From positions 64,001-128,000 of the forward strand of contig DXJO01000004.1 in assembly GCA_019057475.1 (NCBI GenBank): a stretch of DNA of 64,000 nucleotides, in the 5' to 3' direction. This stretch comes from Candidatus Thorarchaeota archaeon (lineage in GTDB: Archaea > Asgardarchaeota > Thorarchaeia > Thorarchaeales > Thorarchaeaceae). The notes beneath the pieces are model-generated. The model was not told the origin of the DNA, did no database searches, and was given only the letters and a program-made list of their open reading frames with translations. A program made the translations under genes and the position numbers. This document shows positions 28,777 through 38,703 of the stretch, one piece after another. Position 1 is the stretch's first letter; every line of letters starts with the position of its first letter.

Positions 28777-30366
28777 TCATGGCAATGGAGGATTGATTGA
28801 AATCCCTCGTTCCCATTGCACCTCGAAGGCGTACTCGATCTCTGCTTTCTTGCCAGCGTCCACCTTGCGGTGCCACTCCATAATTCCAAGTTCATGCTTA
28901 TCGACACCAAGCTTCTCCCAGTCCGCATTCACCTCTATTGAAGTGCTGAGGCTATGGGGTATTCTATCTAATATCTCAATGTCAATCATTTGCTTGGCAA
29001 AGTTTTCGAGCTCAAGTCGATACTTGTAGCTCCTTCTCAGCTTGCCGCGAGCGATGCCTGCTTTCTCCACTTCGCGTTCAACCAGTTTCTTCTTCGCCTT
29101 GACATTGTGGGCAACGCGTGTCCCCAACTTGAACTTCTCTCTGGGGGACATCAATTCCAGGCTTGTTTCGCCAATGTACTCTCCTTCAGAGTAGACTTTG
29201 ACTTTTCCAGGAAGGAGAACTGTGTCGCCGTTGGTGACTTCATCCTGAGCAACAACCTCTGACATGGCGTCTGCGAACCAGTAGTGGAGTGTGCGTGAGT
29301 CCATCTCCTCTTCTATCAAGGTCACTGGGTGTTTCTCGCCATCAGCAGGGACTGTGAAGGGCTTGGGTACTTCGTATACTGCAATTCCCGACACTGTTTC
29401 AGTGACTTCTGCAAACTCCTCCTCCATCTCTGGCGGGGGTGGAGGGATAGCTACCTCCATTAGAGACGCTGATGGCATCGGTGCACGTTTAGCCATCTTC
29501 TTCCTGGCTACAGGTCTAGATGCCATCGTTGCCATCCTTCTGCGATCTTCCTCTGGATCGTAAGCCGCTATCATAAATGGCGTTGGTTCTACTGCTTCAA
29601 CTGGTCGTGCCGTGGCAGTTGAAACAACTAGATCTACTTCTTCCCACTGTTCTCTTGTGCGATTCCGAACAACTGCTATTCTTCTGATTTTCGCGATCTT
29701 CGGAAGTAGGTCAATGTCGTAAGTCGGAATCCATCCTGCTCCCCTGCACTGGTATGTTACCTCAAGCTCAATGATGCCTGCCTTTGAAGCCTCCAAGCTG
29801 ACCTCAACCTCGTAGAAGGTTTCGGTTCTTTTTCTAGATTCAATTGTCCCAAGGTTCTGCCTAAGAACTTGAATCTGATCGTCTATGTCCTTGAGCCTGT
29901 ATTTCAGCTCTCTCAGCTTCTTCTTCGTCTGAGCAATCATCTTGCCAGAGGCATTGTCAATCTCAGTCAGCTGCGATATTTCCGCTTCATCAGCAGCGTA
30001 GACCATTCCAAATGTGGAGGCAAACTCTCCCATCATCCCATTGAGATAGGTCAATCTACTAGTGTGCATCTCAATCTCGTCAGTAGTGGTCTTGCGATTG
30101 CCCTCAAGCTTCTTGAGTTGAGCAATCAGTTGTTTCTTGTCTTCCATTGGCTCGTAGACGGTTTCCATTCTTCTTACATCAATGCTGGAAATGGTAGCAG
30201 GTCCTTTTCCCTTGACGCGAAAACTGTCTTCTTGTGCCCACGCGGTTATCCCTGATATGAGCACCTTCTGAGCGCCGGCCGCTAAATTCGTCTGGCCTGT
30301 TCTCGTCACGCGAGCGCCATCGCGGAAGACGGTGACGTTTGATATTCTGGTTTCAAGCTCTGTCAA
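28777..30366 (-). CDS. DUF4140/DUF4139 (TIGR02231, MuiA-like) protein, paralog 1
   Basis: ISNVTVFRDGARVTR, TYQCRGAGWIPTYD, LVVSTA, LLPGKVKVY; ends in INPPLP like its neighbour (IRPPLP). Confidence 0.85.
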   Translation of the reverse strand: MTELETRISNVTVFRDGARVTRTGQTNLAAGAQKVLISGITAWAQEDSFRVKGKGPATISSIDVRRMETVYEPMEDKKQLIAQLKKLEGNRKTTTDEIEMHTSRLTYLNGMMGEFASTFGMVYAADEAEISQLTEIDNASGKMIAQTKKKLRELKYRLKDIDDQIQVLRQNLGTIESRKRTETFYEVEVSLEASKAGIIELEVTYQCRGAGWIPTYDIDLLPKIAKIRRIAVVRNRTREQWEEVDLVVSTATARPVEAVEPTPFMIAAYDPEEDRRRMATMASRPVARKKMAKRAPMPSASLMEVAIPPPPPEMEEEFAEVTETVSGIAVYEVPKPFTVPADGEKHPVTLIEEEMDSRTLHYWFADAMSEVVAQDEVTNGDTVLLPGKVKVYSEGEYIGETSLELMSPREKFKLGTRVAHNVKAKKKLVEREVEKAGIARGKLRRSYKYRLELENFAKQMIDIEILDRIPHSLSTSIEVNADWEKLGVDKHELGIMEWHRKVDAGKKAEIEYAFEVQWERGISINPPLP

Positions 30367-30600
30367 AGTCCTCTCCTCACGCCCTTCAACCTTTGTCGCA
30401 TTTATGCTTTGAGTCAGCTGCCTCCGGCCCTATTATCCCGGCTTGTCAGCAATTGCGATTTACCTGGGTTGCCCGTCAATGAATAGGGATATATAAGCGA
30501 ATATCTTATAATAAAGAATATTATCATCACTCTTGCTAGGAGACATGAAACATTGACTTTGAACTGCCGGGAAGCCAATGGAGGCGCTAACCTCACACTC

Positions 30601-30816
30601 ATGAGAGTACAACATGATGCACTTGGAAAAACCTTCAATGACATACGTCGCAAGAGATTCGAGCTTGACGAAAAAAAGGACAGAGGACACATCTCAGGAC
30701 CACTCTATCAAAGGTTACTGCTCAATCTAATCGTCGGGAGCAATGGCATTCGCTCAGAGCGCGAAGATTTGGAGGGCACAATCAGCCTATTCGAATCAAG
30801 CGAGTTCGCCGCATAG
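30601..30816 (+). CDS. Small hypothetical helical protein
   Basis: ORF fills an intergenic gap; GGAGG upstream; protein-like composition; start uncertain. Confidence 0.35.
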   Translation: MRVQHDALGKTFNDIRRKRFELDEKKDRGHISGPLYQRLLLNLIVGSNGIRSEREDLEGTISLFESSEFAA

Positions 30817-30831
30817 GCATGATGGTTATGT

Positions 30832-31395
30832 TCACTTCTTTTTACCCCATGCAAATCTCGCTAGAATAACTAGCAGAGTCAATGCCAGAATTATACATGA
30901 CCACTTCAGTTGAGTGAAGATGTTGGCAATACTGACAGCCAACGGCGAGAGATTCGGGTATGACGCAATCAATGCTGCAATCGTGATATTCTCTAGATAG
31001 TCGAAGATCATGCCGAGGATGGGTATGAAAACTGCCTTCTCCATTGGGTGCCCTTCAGGAAACAATCTTGTGACGACACCAGTCAGTGCCAGGGTCATGC
31101 TCATGCCATAGGCCAACGGAAAGATTAGATCAAGAACCTGCAGCGTGGTATACAATTGCCTACCCTGCTCGCCAAGCACAGTGAAGAGATGTTCGACATC
31201 AGCAAAAGTGTAACCTGGTCTGGTATCTAGGATTGGCAAGCCTCCGGACAGCGCCAGTATCTGGGGATGGACATATCCCATCATTACTACGGCTACAATT
31301 ATCGTCAGAACGAGGAACAGCAGGAAAAATCTCAGGGTTGTCAGTTTCTTGATATGGTCTAGGAGTTTCATCTCTCTATTCTCCGGCATTTTCAT
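30832..31395 (-). CDS. Hypothetical membrane protein (4 TM)
   Basis: LDTRPGYT..V...F..LGEQGR..Y, LDLIFPLAY, FDYLEN conserved-looking motifs. Confidence 0.8.
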   Translation of the reverse strand: MKMPENREMKLLDHIKKLTTLRFFLLFLVLTIIVAVVMMGYVHPQILALSGGLPILDTRPGYTFADVEHLFTVLGEQGRQLYTTLQVLDLIFPLAYGMSMTLALTGVVTRLFPEGHPMEKAVFIPILGMIFDYLENITIAALIASYPNLSPLAVSIANIFTQLKWSCIILALTLLVILARFAWGKKK

Positions 31396-31480
31396 CGACT
31401 TAGTGCACCCTTTAAGAATCCGCGTGATTAACTGTCGGTGCTCAGGTGGAGGTTATTAGACTTCATCATGATTTGCTGCT

Positions 31481-31711
31481 ATGAGAGCGGAGAAGTGGCT
31501 GCTTGTCGGAGGCCAGGTCTTCAGACTCGAACGCGCTTCCATGAACCTCAGAGAAGCGATTCAGCCTGCGAGTGATTTAAGTCAAGAGAGACAGGTTGTC
31601 GTAAAAAAGAGCCGGGCAAATAAATGGATTGTATATTGGAGACACAAGAAAGACAGATCGATGTGTCCTTCGTTCACTGAGAGTCTTATTGAGAACGATT
31701 GCGCTTGCTGA
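31481..31711 (+). CDS. Small basic hypothetical protein
   Basis: 76-aa ORF between convergent and divergent neighbours; GGxVFxL...WxVYWR pattern. Confidence 0.5.
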   Translation: MRAEKWLLVGGQVFRLERASMNLREAIQPASDLSQERQVVVKKSRANKWIVYWRHKKDRSMCPSFTESLIENDCAC

Positions 31712-31766
31712 ATCGCTGTTCACGGATAAGAAAGGGAATTTGGGGGCATTCAGCCCCCGAGAATAT

Positions 31767-31928
31767 TCACTCTAATTTCTCGAAATCTTTCTTAGAAGCG
31801 CCGCACATCGGACAGACCCAATCATCAGGTAGGTCTTCGAACTTCGTGCCCGCTGCAATTCCGCTGTCCTCATCGCCTTTGTCTTCGTCGTATACCCAGC
31901 CACAAACTAGACATTCCCATCGTGCCAT
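31767..31928 (-). CDS. Rubredoxin
   Basis: [47 protein letters not shown]. Confidence 0.97.
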   Translation of the reverse strand: MARWECLVCGWVYDEDKGDEDSGIAAGTKFEDLPDDWVCPMCGASKKDFEKLE

Positions 31929-32055
31929 TTTAGCATTCTCCGGTTTCAATTGAGTATTGCTCATTCAAGGTCGTAATGACCCTATGTGCATTTCTTCATT
32001 TCTGGGTCGAAGTGATAAAAGCGTTCGGTTGCGACAGCTTGGGAGTATGAAGCTG

Positions 32056-33276
32056 CTATTGGTCCTCCTCTTCCCAAAGGTCTTCTTCCAAATCGGAGAG
32101 TTTCTCTTCTTCGACATCGGGCTCTTCGGCTTCTGCAGCCTCCTCCACGACTGGTTCTTCGGAAGGCTCGGTTTCCTCCTCAGTCGTGACGGGCTCTTCT
32201 TCAGGTGGCAGCTCTACCGCCGGCTCGAGAACCTTCCCGGCACGTCTGATGAACAACAACTCCATCACGAGAGCCACTAACGGAAAGATGAAGAGCTTTG
32301 TCAAGTCGCCCATGGCTGCTCCCAACACCGGGTTTACCGTGGGTAGTATTGGTAGTATTGTGTCTGCAAAGTAGTAGCCAGAAGCAAGGAAAAATGTGAG
32401 AGTCACTGCCAGTTCCTTTGATATCTTCCATCTTGTTTCCTTTTCAGCTCTTGAGGCCAAAGTAGATCCCACAGAGCTCATTGTGTAGAACACAAAGAAT
32501 ATGGTGATTGCAAAACCAACTATATCGAAGCCAAGTGTAGTGGTCTTACCTGCGTTGTAGATGAAGTATCCCGAGTAAAGGGAGATGAAAAGCCCAATCA
32601 ATGCCACATTAACGAAGGTTGTCTTTTCGCGCTGGCGACCCAGGATCATCCCATTGAAAAAGTTGAAGGCTGCTGCCACCAGAGTTCCTAACACGAGCAG
32701 GGCCAGCCTTGGCAAATTGGCTGCGAGTTCGGTGAGATTTATTGACAAGACATACCCGAGAGCACCGAATATCACCACGTAGCAGAAGATATGGCTCATT
32801 GTGACTAGGACCTTCATTAGTCTGGAGTTCTCCCTGACATCAGCTTTTTCGGCATAGCCTAAGCTTGTTCTCGTTGAGAAGTACGCCTGGAATGAAATCC
32901 AGCCCAAGAACGCGATTCCGAAGTATACAATCATGAACACAGCGAACAAGTTGAATACGAAGTATACCTGAAGTATAATGCTGACAAGTATCCAAATGAT
33001 GAACATCACTACGGACGAACCATATGACTCCTCGCTAGCGACGAATCGTTGCAGCCCAAGTAGTGACAGGATTGCAGTCAGGAGGAAGAACATTGGGAAT
33101 GCTGCTGACATCAGGGTGGCATATGCCCATGCACTTGGTACGAGAAGCGCCAGTTGCTGCAACACGGTGGTCAACACTAAGCCCAACACAAAGACAATCG
33201 TGAGCCATCGGAGTCTCTTTGACTCCCAGAACATCTTTAGTCCGTTTACAAACTTGGTTAGCATAGGAATTTCCAT
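32056..33276 (-). CDS. Polytopic membrane protein with highly acidic C-terminal tail
   Basis: About 10 hydrophobic segments, E/P-rich tail; GGAGG SD before MEIPML. Confidence 0.8.
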   Translation of the reverse strand: MEIPMLTKFVNGLKMFWESKRLRWLTIVFVLGLVLTTVLQQLALLVPSAWAYATLMSAAFPMFFLLTAILSLLGLQRFVASEESYGSSVVMFIIWILVSIILQVYFVFNLFAVFMIVYFGIAFLGWISFQAYFSTRTSLGYAEKADVRENSRLMKVLVTMSHIFCYVVIFGALGYVLSINLTELAANLPRLALLVLGTLVAAAFNFFNGMILGRQREKTTFVNVALIGLFISLYSGYFIYNAGKTTTLGFDIVGFAITIFFVFYTMSSVGSTLASRAEKETRWKISKELAVTLTFFLASGYYFADTILPILPTVNPVLGAAMGDLTKLFIFPLVALVMELLFIRRAGKVLEPAVELPPEEEPVTTEEETEPSEEPVVEEAAEAEEPDVEEEKLSDLEEDLWEEEDQ

Positions 33277-33319
33277 TCGACTACCTCCTGCACCATTCGA
33301 GCTAGAACAATTATCTCTT

Positions 33320-33799
33320 TTATGTTCTCCCACTCGCTTTTTTCAGTAGGAATACGAATTCCTCCTCGAGAGTGGGAGTGAAGTCAGGCTTCTCTATTAT
33401 CGTGTCAATTCTCTTGCCATTTTCGTCGAAGATCTCAATCCAGGGTATTGCCTTGACGCCCCAGTCCTCAGCTTCAGGCGGTGACGGTGGGGTTCGCCAC
33501 TGATGGTCTGGGTCCAGTGCTGCAACCTTCATCGTTCCGAATACGCGCACTTCCAGACCAAGCTTCTCTTCCAAGTGCAATAGAACTGGTATTGCCTCTC
33601 TGCAGTCCTTGCACCAGCTTGCGCCTAGAATAACGACAGTTAGACCTTTCACGAGTCCTTTCAGTTCTTTCATCGCCTGCTCGTTCAATTCGTAATTGCT
33701 GTATATCTTCATCTGCTCATCTTTCGACTCGCCCTTGGAATTCTCCAGATATTCTCTGCACGTTAGGGCTCTGGTTCGGATTTCATCGAGGTCGACCAT
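33320..33799 (-). CDS. Thioredoxin-fold protein (WCKDC)
   Basis: ILGASWCKDC, cis-Pro AIP, IIEKP; start at MVDLDEI; the longer ORF extension overlaps the GTPase antisense. Confidence 0.85.
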   Translation of the reverse strand: MVDLDEIRTRALTCREYLENSKGESKDEQMKIYSNYELNEQAMKELKGLVKGLTVVILGASWCKDCREAIPVLLHLEEKLGLEVRVFGTMKVAALDPDHQWRTPPSPPEAEDWGVKAIPWIEIFDENGKRIDTIIEKPDFTPTLEEEFVFLLKKASGRT

Positions 33800-33946
33800 G
33801 GCAATCAACTTCACAATGGCATACTGGTTAAGCGCTTCTACATTGTGTTTCCTTTTGTATCTCTCGGAAGTGTCACTTACTGCTTTGACCCAAGATGCCA
33901 TAAGAATGCTGATAAGTGAGCTTGCGGATGGTAACGAGGCACAAGG

Positions 33947-34513
33947 ATGGTGCACGCGCTGACCGCTGAAGTCTATAAGACACTCATAGTTGGGCCCCGC
34001 AATGTAGGGAAGTCGTCTCTTGTTCGGAGATATCTTCTGGGTCGTTTCGAAACCACCTACACTGCTACAGTGGGCGCTGACCTCAGCGTAGCGACTTTCG
34101 ACTTCCCTGAAGGCACGATTGTTCTTAGTGTGGTTGATCTGGGCGGCCAGCAGACATTTGCTGCGCTTAGAAACAGATTCTATCAGGGTGCTCACCACGT
34201 TATCCTAGTATACGACAAGACTGACCGGTCTACCTTTGAGGACATTCCAAAGTGGTTTGAAACTCTAACGGAGGGCATCAGAATGCCTAGCTACATCTTC
34301 CTAGCTGGCTCCTTGGTAGCAAACAAAGCGGACCTGAAAGACGCCTCTGAAGTAACAACAGAAGAGGGTCACCAATTGGCCGACTTGCTATCCATGAAAT
34401 ACTTTGAAACCAGCGCGAAGACCGGAACGAATGTCGGCGAAGTCTTCATCCACGCAGCCACGTCGTGCAGAGCTAGGGTCAAGAGCGCCATGGCTGAGCA
34501 GAGCAGCACCTAG
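33947..34513 (+). CDS. Ras-superfamily (Rab-like) small GTPase
   Basis: G1 GPRNVGKSS, G2 ATVGAD, G3 DLGGQ, G4 NKAD, G5 ETSAK. Confidence 0.93.
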   Translation: MVHALTAEVYKTLIVGPRNVGKSSLVRRYLLGRFETTYTATVGADLSVATFDFPEGTIVLSVVDLGGQQTFAALRNRFYQGAHHVILVYDKTDRSTFEDIPKWFETLTEGIRMPSYIFLAGSLVANKADLKDASEVTTEEGHQLADLLSMKYFETSAKTGTNVGEVFIHAATSCRARVKSAMAEQSST

Positions 34514-34552
34514 TCTTTCTCTCTGACCTAGGGATTCTTTCACATCCAGTAC

Positions 34553-35932
34553 TCACTGAGTTGCCGCTGTTATCCTGCAGTCTGCAATCCTCACTGAAGG
34601 AATGAATGTGGGCGTATCAACCTCCCACCAGTAGATCTGTCTGCGGTTGTTGCCAAATGCAGTGATGTTCGCAAACATCCTGAGCATGCTGTCACTGATC
34701 CGCACGTTCTTGATTGGCTTCATCTCTCCTTTCTCTATGAGGAACATCGCATCACGCGGAATTGTGGAGAAATCTCCGGTTTGGTAGTTGGTGAACCTTG
34801 TGTACCAGTTCGACGTGACATAGATGGTTGGCTTGTTCCCCTCTAGTAGCTCCTCAAATGAGCGATCCCCGTTCTCGAATACAATATTCGAGTTGTCAGG
34901 AAGTAGCATTTTCAAACCTTGCCCAAGTCCCACGAGGCGTGAACTTCCTGTGGACTCAGTTTCGAACATCTTGGCAGTACTCGTATTATGGACGAATGAC
35001 TTGAGCACACCTTCCTCATAGATATTGAATGTCCTGGTTGGAGTGCCCTCTGCATCAAATGGCCTACTTGCCAGACCTCCTGCCATTCTTGGATCGTCGG
35101 CAACTGTTAGAAACTCCGGTCCCAGCTGCTGTCCCATCTTGTCTCCGAGTGGTGACATGCCTATCATCACCATGAATGGGTTAGCTGATCCGACCATGAA
35201 ACCCATTACATTTGCAGCTACGGTAGGATTCATGACAAGATCATAGGTCCCGGGCTTGCCTTGTTTGGCACCCACCGCTTGTTTGGCCAGTCTACCTGCT
35301 TGTGCGCCAGCCTCAATCATACCACTCAGTGCTTGTGAAGGCTTGGTTCCACACTCAAGACCTTGCCCCGAATGGTCCAGCTCATCCATGAATGCCCTGA
35401 CATTTAGGTCAAATGAGGTGCTTCGTGTTGAGCCTTCAGGACCGTAGCTCGATCTGAAGGATTGGAATTCCTTCCCAAACTTGAGCGCGCCTGCGACTCG
35501 CTTAGCTCCTTGTGCGCGGGCGGCGTCAATGGCTGCATTGACCAAGCCTGGAGCCTTATCACTGAAGTCATCGATTTTGCTGTCGAATGTGCCAGCAATC
35601 ACCTTGTAATCGTGAACGTTGTCTTCGACACCTGCGAAGAATATCGACTCGGGAAGGCGCTTTGTGAATTCAATGGTGTCATCCACTGCTTTCTTGACAT
35701 CCTCCGCGCTTGACACTGACCTCTCGCTGAATCCTGTCTTTGCTCCTTCCACAATCAGAAAGAGCTGCAGTGAAAAACTCTCCCAGCGCTTATTGATGTC
35801 TATGGCGTTCTGCGAGAATCTGATCTGGGAATTGCTGGATAACACTCCCCTAGCGATTACTCCGTCGGTTTTCTCCTTCGCATGGTCAACTGCTATGTCC
35901 ACATAGGACTTGAGATCATCGAGATTAGTCAT
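34553..35932 (-). CDS. TldE/PmbA family non-catalytic subunit
   Basis: FDAEGTPT, EEGVLKSFVHN, GDFST; no HExxH; translationally coupled to TldD. Confidence 0.88.
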   Translation of the reverse strand: MTNLDDLKSYVDIAVDHAKEKTDGVIARGVLSSNSQIRFSQNAIDINKRWESFSLQLFLIVEGAKTGFSERSVSSAEDVKKAVDDTIEFTKRLPESIFFAGVEDNVHDYKVIAGTFDSKIDDFSDKAPGLVNAAIDAARAQGAKRVAGALKFGKEFQSFRSSYGPEGSTRSTSFDLNVRAFMDELDHSGQGLECGTKPSQALSGMIEAGAQAGRLAKQAVGAKQGKPGTYDLVMNPTVAANVMGFMVGSANPFMVMIGMSPLGDKMGQQLGPEFLTVADDPRMAGGLASRPFDAEGTPTRTFNIYEEGVLKSFVHNTSTAKMFETESTGSSRLVGLGQGLKMLLPDNSNIVFENGDRSFEELLEGNKPTIYVTSNWYTRFTNYQTGDFSTIPRDAMFLIEKGEMKPIKNVRISDSMLRMFANITAFGNNRRQIYWWEVDTPTFIPSVRIADCRITAATQ

Positions 35933-37362
35933 TACCCAACACCTCCAAGACGAATGTCACGGAATCTTACCTCTCCGCCTCCTGCGTACACAGGTACTCC
36001 CTGCATCGGGTCACTCTTCCCACAGGTTCCTGGGAAGTCAAATCTAAGGTTATTCGAAACTGCATCGACCGCGCTTAGCAGGCCAACGCTTGTAGTTTCC
36101 ATTACTGGTCTTCTTACCATCGTGTCTGTCAGTTCGCCGTTCTTTATCAGATACGCAACGCATCCCGTGTACTTTGACTGGTAGCGCCTGTCATCTATAT
36201 TCCATTCCGTGAAAGATTTCATCAGGCAACCCAGCTTGACATCCTCAATCAATTCTTCGAGCGAATGATCACCAGGCTCAAAGTAAGTGTTTGCCATTCT
36301 GATGATGGGCTCTCGATTATAACTTGAAGCTCTAGCGGAACCGTTCGAACCAGTTCCAAATTTGACGCCAAACTCCCGGTTGAGCAGGGGTTCATTTAGA
36401 ATACCGTTCTTGATCAGGATTCTCTTCCTTGCCTTGACTCCCTCATCATCATAGAGATAGAAGCCTCCTGTATTGGGTATGGTGGGGTCTTCACTGACCG
36501 TCACTGCATCACTCCCCACTCTTGATTCGCCTATCTTGAGGTCTCTCCAGAAACTCTCGCCAGCCTGGGCTCCCTCACGGCCCATGATTCTGTCGCCCTC
36601 GCTTGGGTGGCCTACATTCTCGTGTGCGATGATTCCCGCCACCTCAGGTCCGACTATCATGTCAATCGGGCGTTCCATCAGCTCGGGAACCTTCCTTGCT
36701 GTTAGTGCGGCTTTCTGGATGAGACGAACCTCGTCACCGAGGGTCTCAACAACATTGCCCTCCTTTATGCGCTCCCAGCCACCAGACTGTGTCATGTCCA
36801 AGTATTTCTGTTCTGATTCTACCTTCCCCTTCGCTGTGAGCAATGTCCACAACTTGATGTAGGAGATGTGGCCAGTGATTTCAGTTCCATCACTTGTGAC
36901 GATGTATTTGTCAACGACCGTGGGATTCACGACGAGCATGAATTGGGCGAGGTCCTTCATTTGAGCGTTAAGCTCTTTGGCAGTGTCCATTAACGTATCA
37001 ATGTCCACATCTGAAAGCGGCTCCTTGACATCCGTGGTCCACTTGGCCTTGTTAGCCACGGGTTCGCCCATGTCTATGTGCTCTTCTCGTTGAGCATTCC
37101 TTGCCATCTTGAGTGCAACCTGGATTGCATCTTTAGCAATCTCGCGGTCCATTCTGTCAAAAGATGCAAAGCCCATGTTTCCGTCAACAAGAAGTCGGAC
37201 TCCAATCCCCACAGACGGCTTCGTCCCACCTGAGATTGGTTCCCCGTTCCTGTATGCCAATCCTCTGGCCCGTTCATTTTCATAACGTGCCTCAACATAT
37301 TTCGCGCCGAGCTCACTTCCAAGTTTCACACAGTACTCGGTTATGTCCTTTCCATCAGTCAT
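35932..37362 (-). CDS. tldD: TldD family metalloprotease
   Basis: HENVGHPSEGDR zinc motif, YDDEGV, RMANTY, GTCGK. Confidence 0.92.
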   Translation of the reverse strand: MTDGKDITEYCVKLGSELGAKYVEARYENERARGLAYRNGEPISGGTKPSVGIGVRLLVDGNMGFASFDRMDREIAKDAIQVALKMARNAQREEHIDMGEPVANKAKWTTDVKEPLSDVDIDTLMDTAKELNAQMKDLAQFMLVVNPTVVDKYIVTSDGTEITGHISYIKLWTLLTAKGKVESEQKYLDMTQSGGWERIKEGNVVETLGDEVRLIQKAALTARKVPELMERPIDMIVGPEVAGIIAHENVGHPSEGDRIMGREGAQAGESFWRDLKIGESRVGSDAVTVSEDPTIPNTGGFYLYDDEGVKARKRILIKNGILNEPLLNREFGVKFGTGSNGSARASSYNREPIIRMANTYFEPGDHSLEELIEDVKLGCLMKSFTEWNIDDRRYQSKYTGCVAYLIKNGELTDTMVRRPVMETTSVGLLSAVDAVSNNLRFDFPGTCGKSDPMQGVPVYAGGGEVRFRDIRLGGVG

Positions 37363-37512
37363 ACGTTGCCACCAGTTAGCTTATCGTGCTCGCATATTGA
37401 AGAAATAAATCATACGGATAAGGTGGGAGTGATAGCGTCCAGGAAATACTGGTGCCGTCTGGTCACCCAATCCTTTCGTGCACCGGTGCGACACGAAGGG
37501 GAGTGATTTGAT

Positions 37513-38025
37513 ATGCCTAAGGTCACTAAGAAGATCATCACATCATTTCCCAAGTTCAAATCTGAATGGGAGAAGGATGCAGGAAAACCCGAGAACACAA
37601 TCATGTACTATTTTATCGCAGCACTCAACATTGAGAAAGATCCTGATTTGGCTGATGCGATGATGACCGTGGTTGTGTCAAAGAAGGACTGCCTTAAGAA
37701 TGGAAGATCCCCTTCTGGGCTGAAGCTTGGTAGAAGTGCGAAGTATTTCATTGGACAGTTCAAGAAGAGCCCAAGGATTGCGGCGTCATATGTCGGTGGC
37801 ACTCCTAAGAATGGATACAAGTTCAAAAAGAGTTCCCTGAACATGACTGTGGTCAAGAAACAGGACCATGGAACGGGTCTGAAGATATTCATCCAGAGTG
37901 GAGGCAAAGATTTCGGTACACCTTTGCAGCTTCGAAAGAACAATTCCGGGCAATGGAAACTAACGGAGTATTCATCCGTCTGTACTGGTGTCAAGAAGAC
38001 TCCTCAGGAAGAAGGCGATTTTTAG
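37513..38025 (+). CDS. Conserved hypothetical protein (Lys-rich; SYxxGxTPxNGY motif)
   Basis: GGGGAG SD; motifs SYVGGTPKNGY, IFIQSGGKD, GQWKLTEYSSVCTGVK. Confidence 0.7.
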   Translation: MPKVTKKIITSFPKFKSEWEKDAGKPENTIMYYFIAALNIEKDPDLADAMMTVVVSKKDCLKNGRSPSGLKLGRSAKYFIGQFKKSPRIAASYVGGTPKNGYKFKKSSLNMTVVKKQDHGTGLKIFIQSGGKDFGTPLQLRKNNSGQWKLTEYSSVCTGVKKTPQEEGDF

Positions 38026-38044
38026 CACTCAAAACGCGCATTCT

Positions 38045-38509
38045 TCAGGGGTTGATAGGGGCAAAGAGAGGAATTGAGTCTTCTAGGTTGCTATTGAATT
38101 CATCTCGAATCGGGAGTATGCTTGACGTTTCCATCCACATTCGCAGCTTATCTACATGTTTCCGCAATCGCAGATTGCTGCCTGCGTACCCGAGTGGGAA
38201 TGCCATAGGACCGATGAGTCTCTCCTGATTGTGAGCTGTGTAGAAGCATGCTTGAAATCCCTTTGCTCCAATCTCCCGCGCCCGCTCACTTACGCTCATG
38301 ACGAGGTCCAGGTCCGCGTCTGATTTCACACTCATGTAGTAAGTAGGATGGTGCGGATTCGCGGTGTCAGTGAACTTGACAACGCGAGCGCCTGAAGGAA
38401 AACGTTTGCTGACACAGGAGCGGCATTTCCATTCAGCTTCATTCACAAGCGAGTTATACACGACGTGTGTATCTTCAGTTGAGCCGCACGTGCTACATCT
38501 CATGTTCAT
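38045..38509 (-). CDS. Hypothetical protein with N-terminal CxxC...CxxC zinc finger
   Basis: CSTC...CRSC. Confidence 0.6.
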   Translation of the reverse strand: MNMRCSTCGSTEDTHVVYNSLVNEAEWKCRSCVSKRFPSGARVVKFTDTANPHHPTYYMSVKSDADLDLVMSVSERAREIGAKGFQACFYTAHNQERLIGPMAFPLGYAGSNLRLRKHVDKLRMWMETSSILPIRDEFNSNLEDSIPLFAPINP

Positions 38510-38703
38510 CGATTTACCCCTGTTTTCATAGAAAAAGCAGAACTTGAGATGTTATGTTCTCCTCATAATACAGCCAATCGAGCAAAAAAGCGACTGACTT
38601 GCTCAAAGCCGAGAGGAAACCCGCAGCATTGTCAATATTCAAATAGAGTTCAGCGTAATTCTTGGAGCGATGAATGTCGATATCATTCTTGGGAGTGTAT
38701 CAC

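Noticed and set aside
34553-37362. TldD/TldE as the leader protease for the rSAM precursor proteins
   Set aside because: TldDE does process microcin B17, but these genes are about 28 kb away and widespread in archaea; there is no linkage evidence
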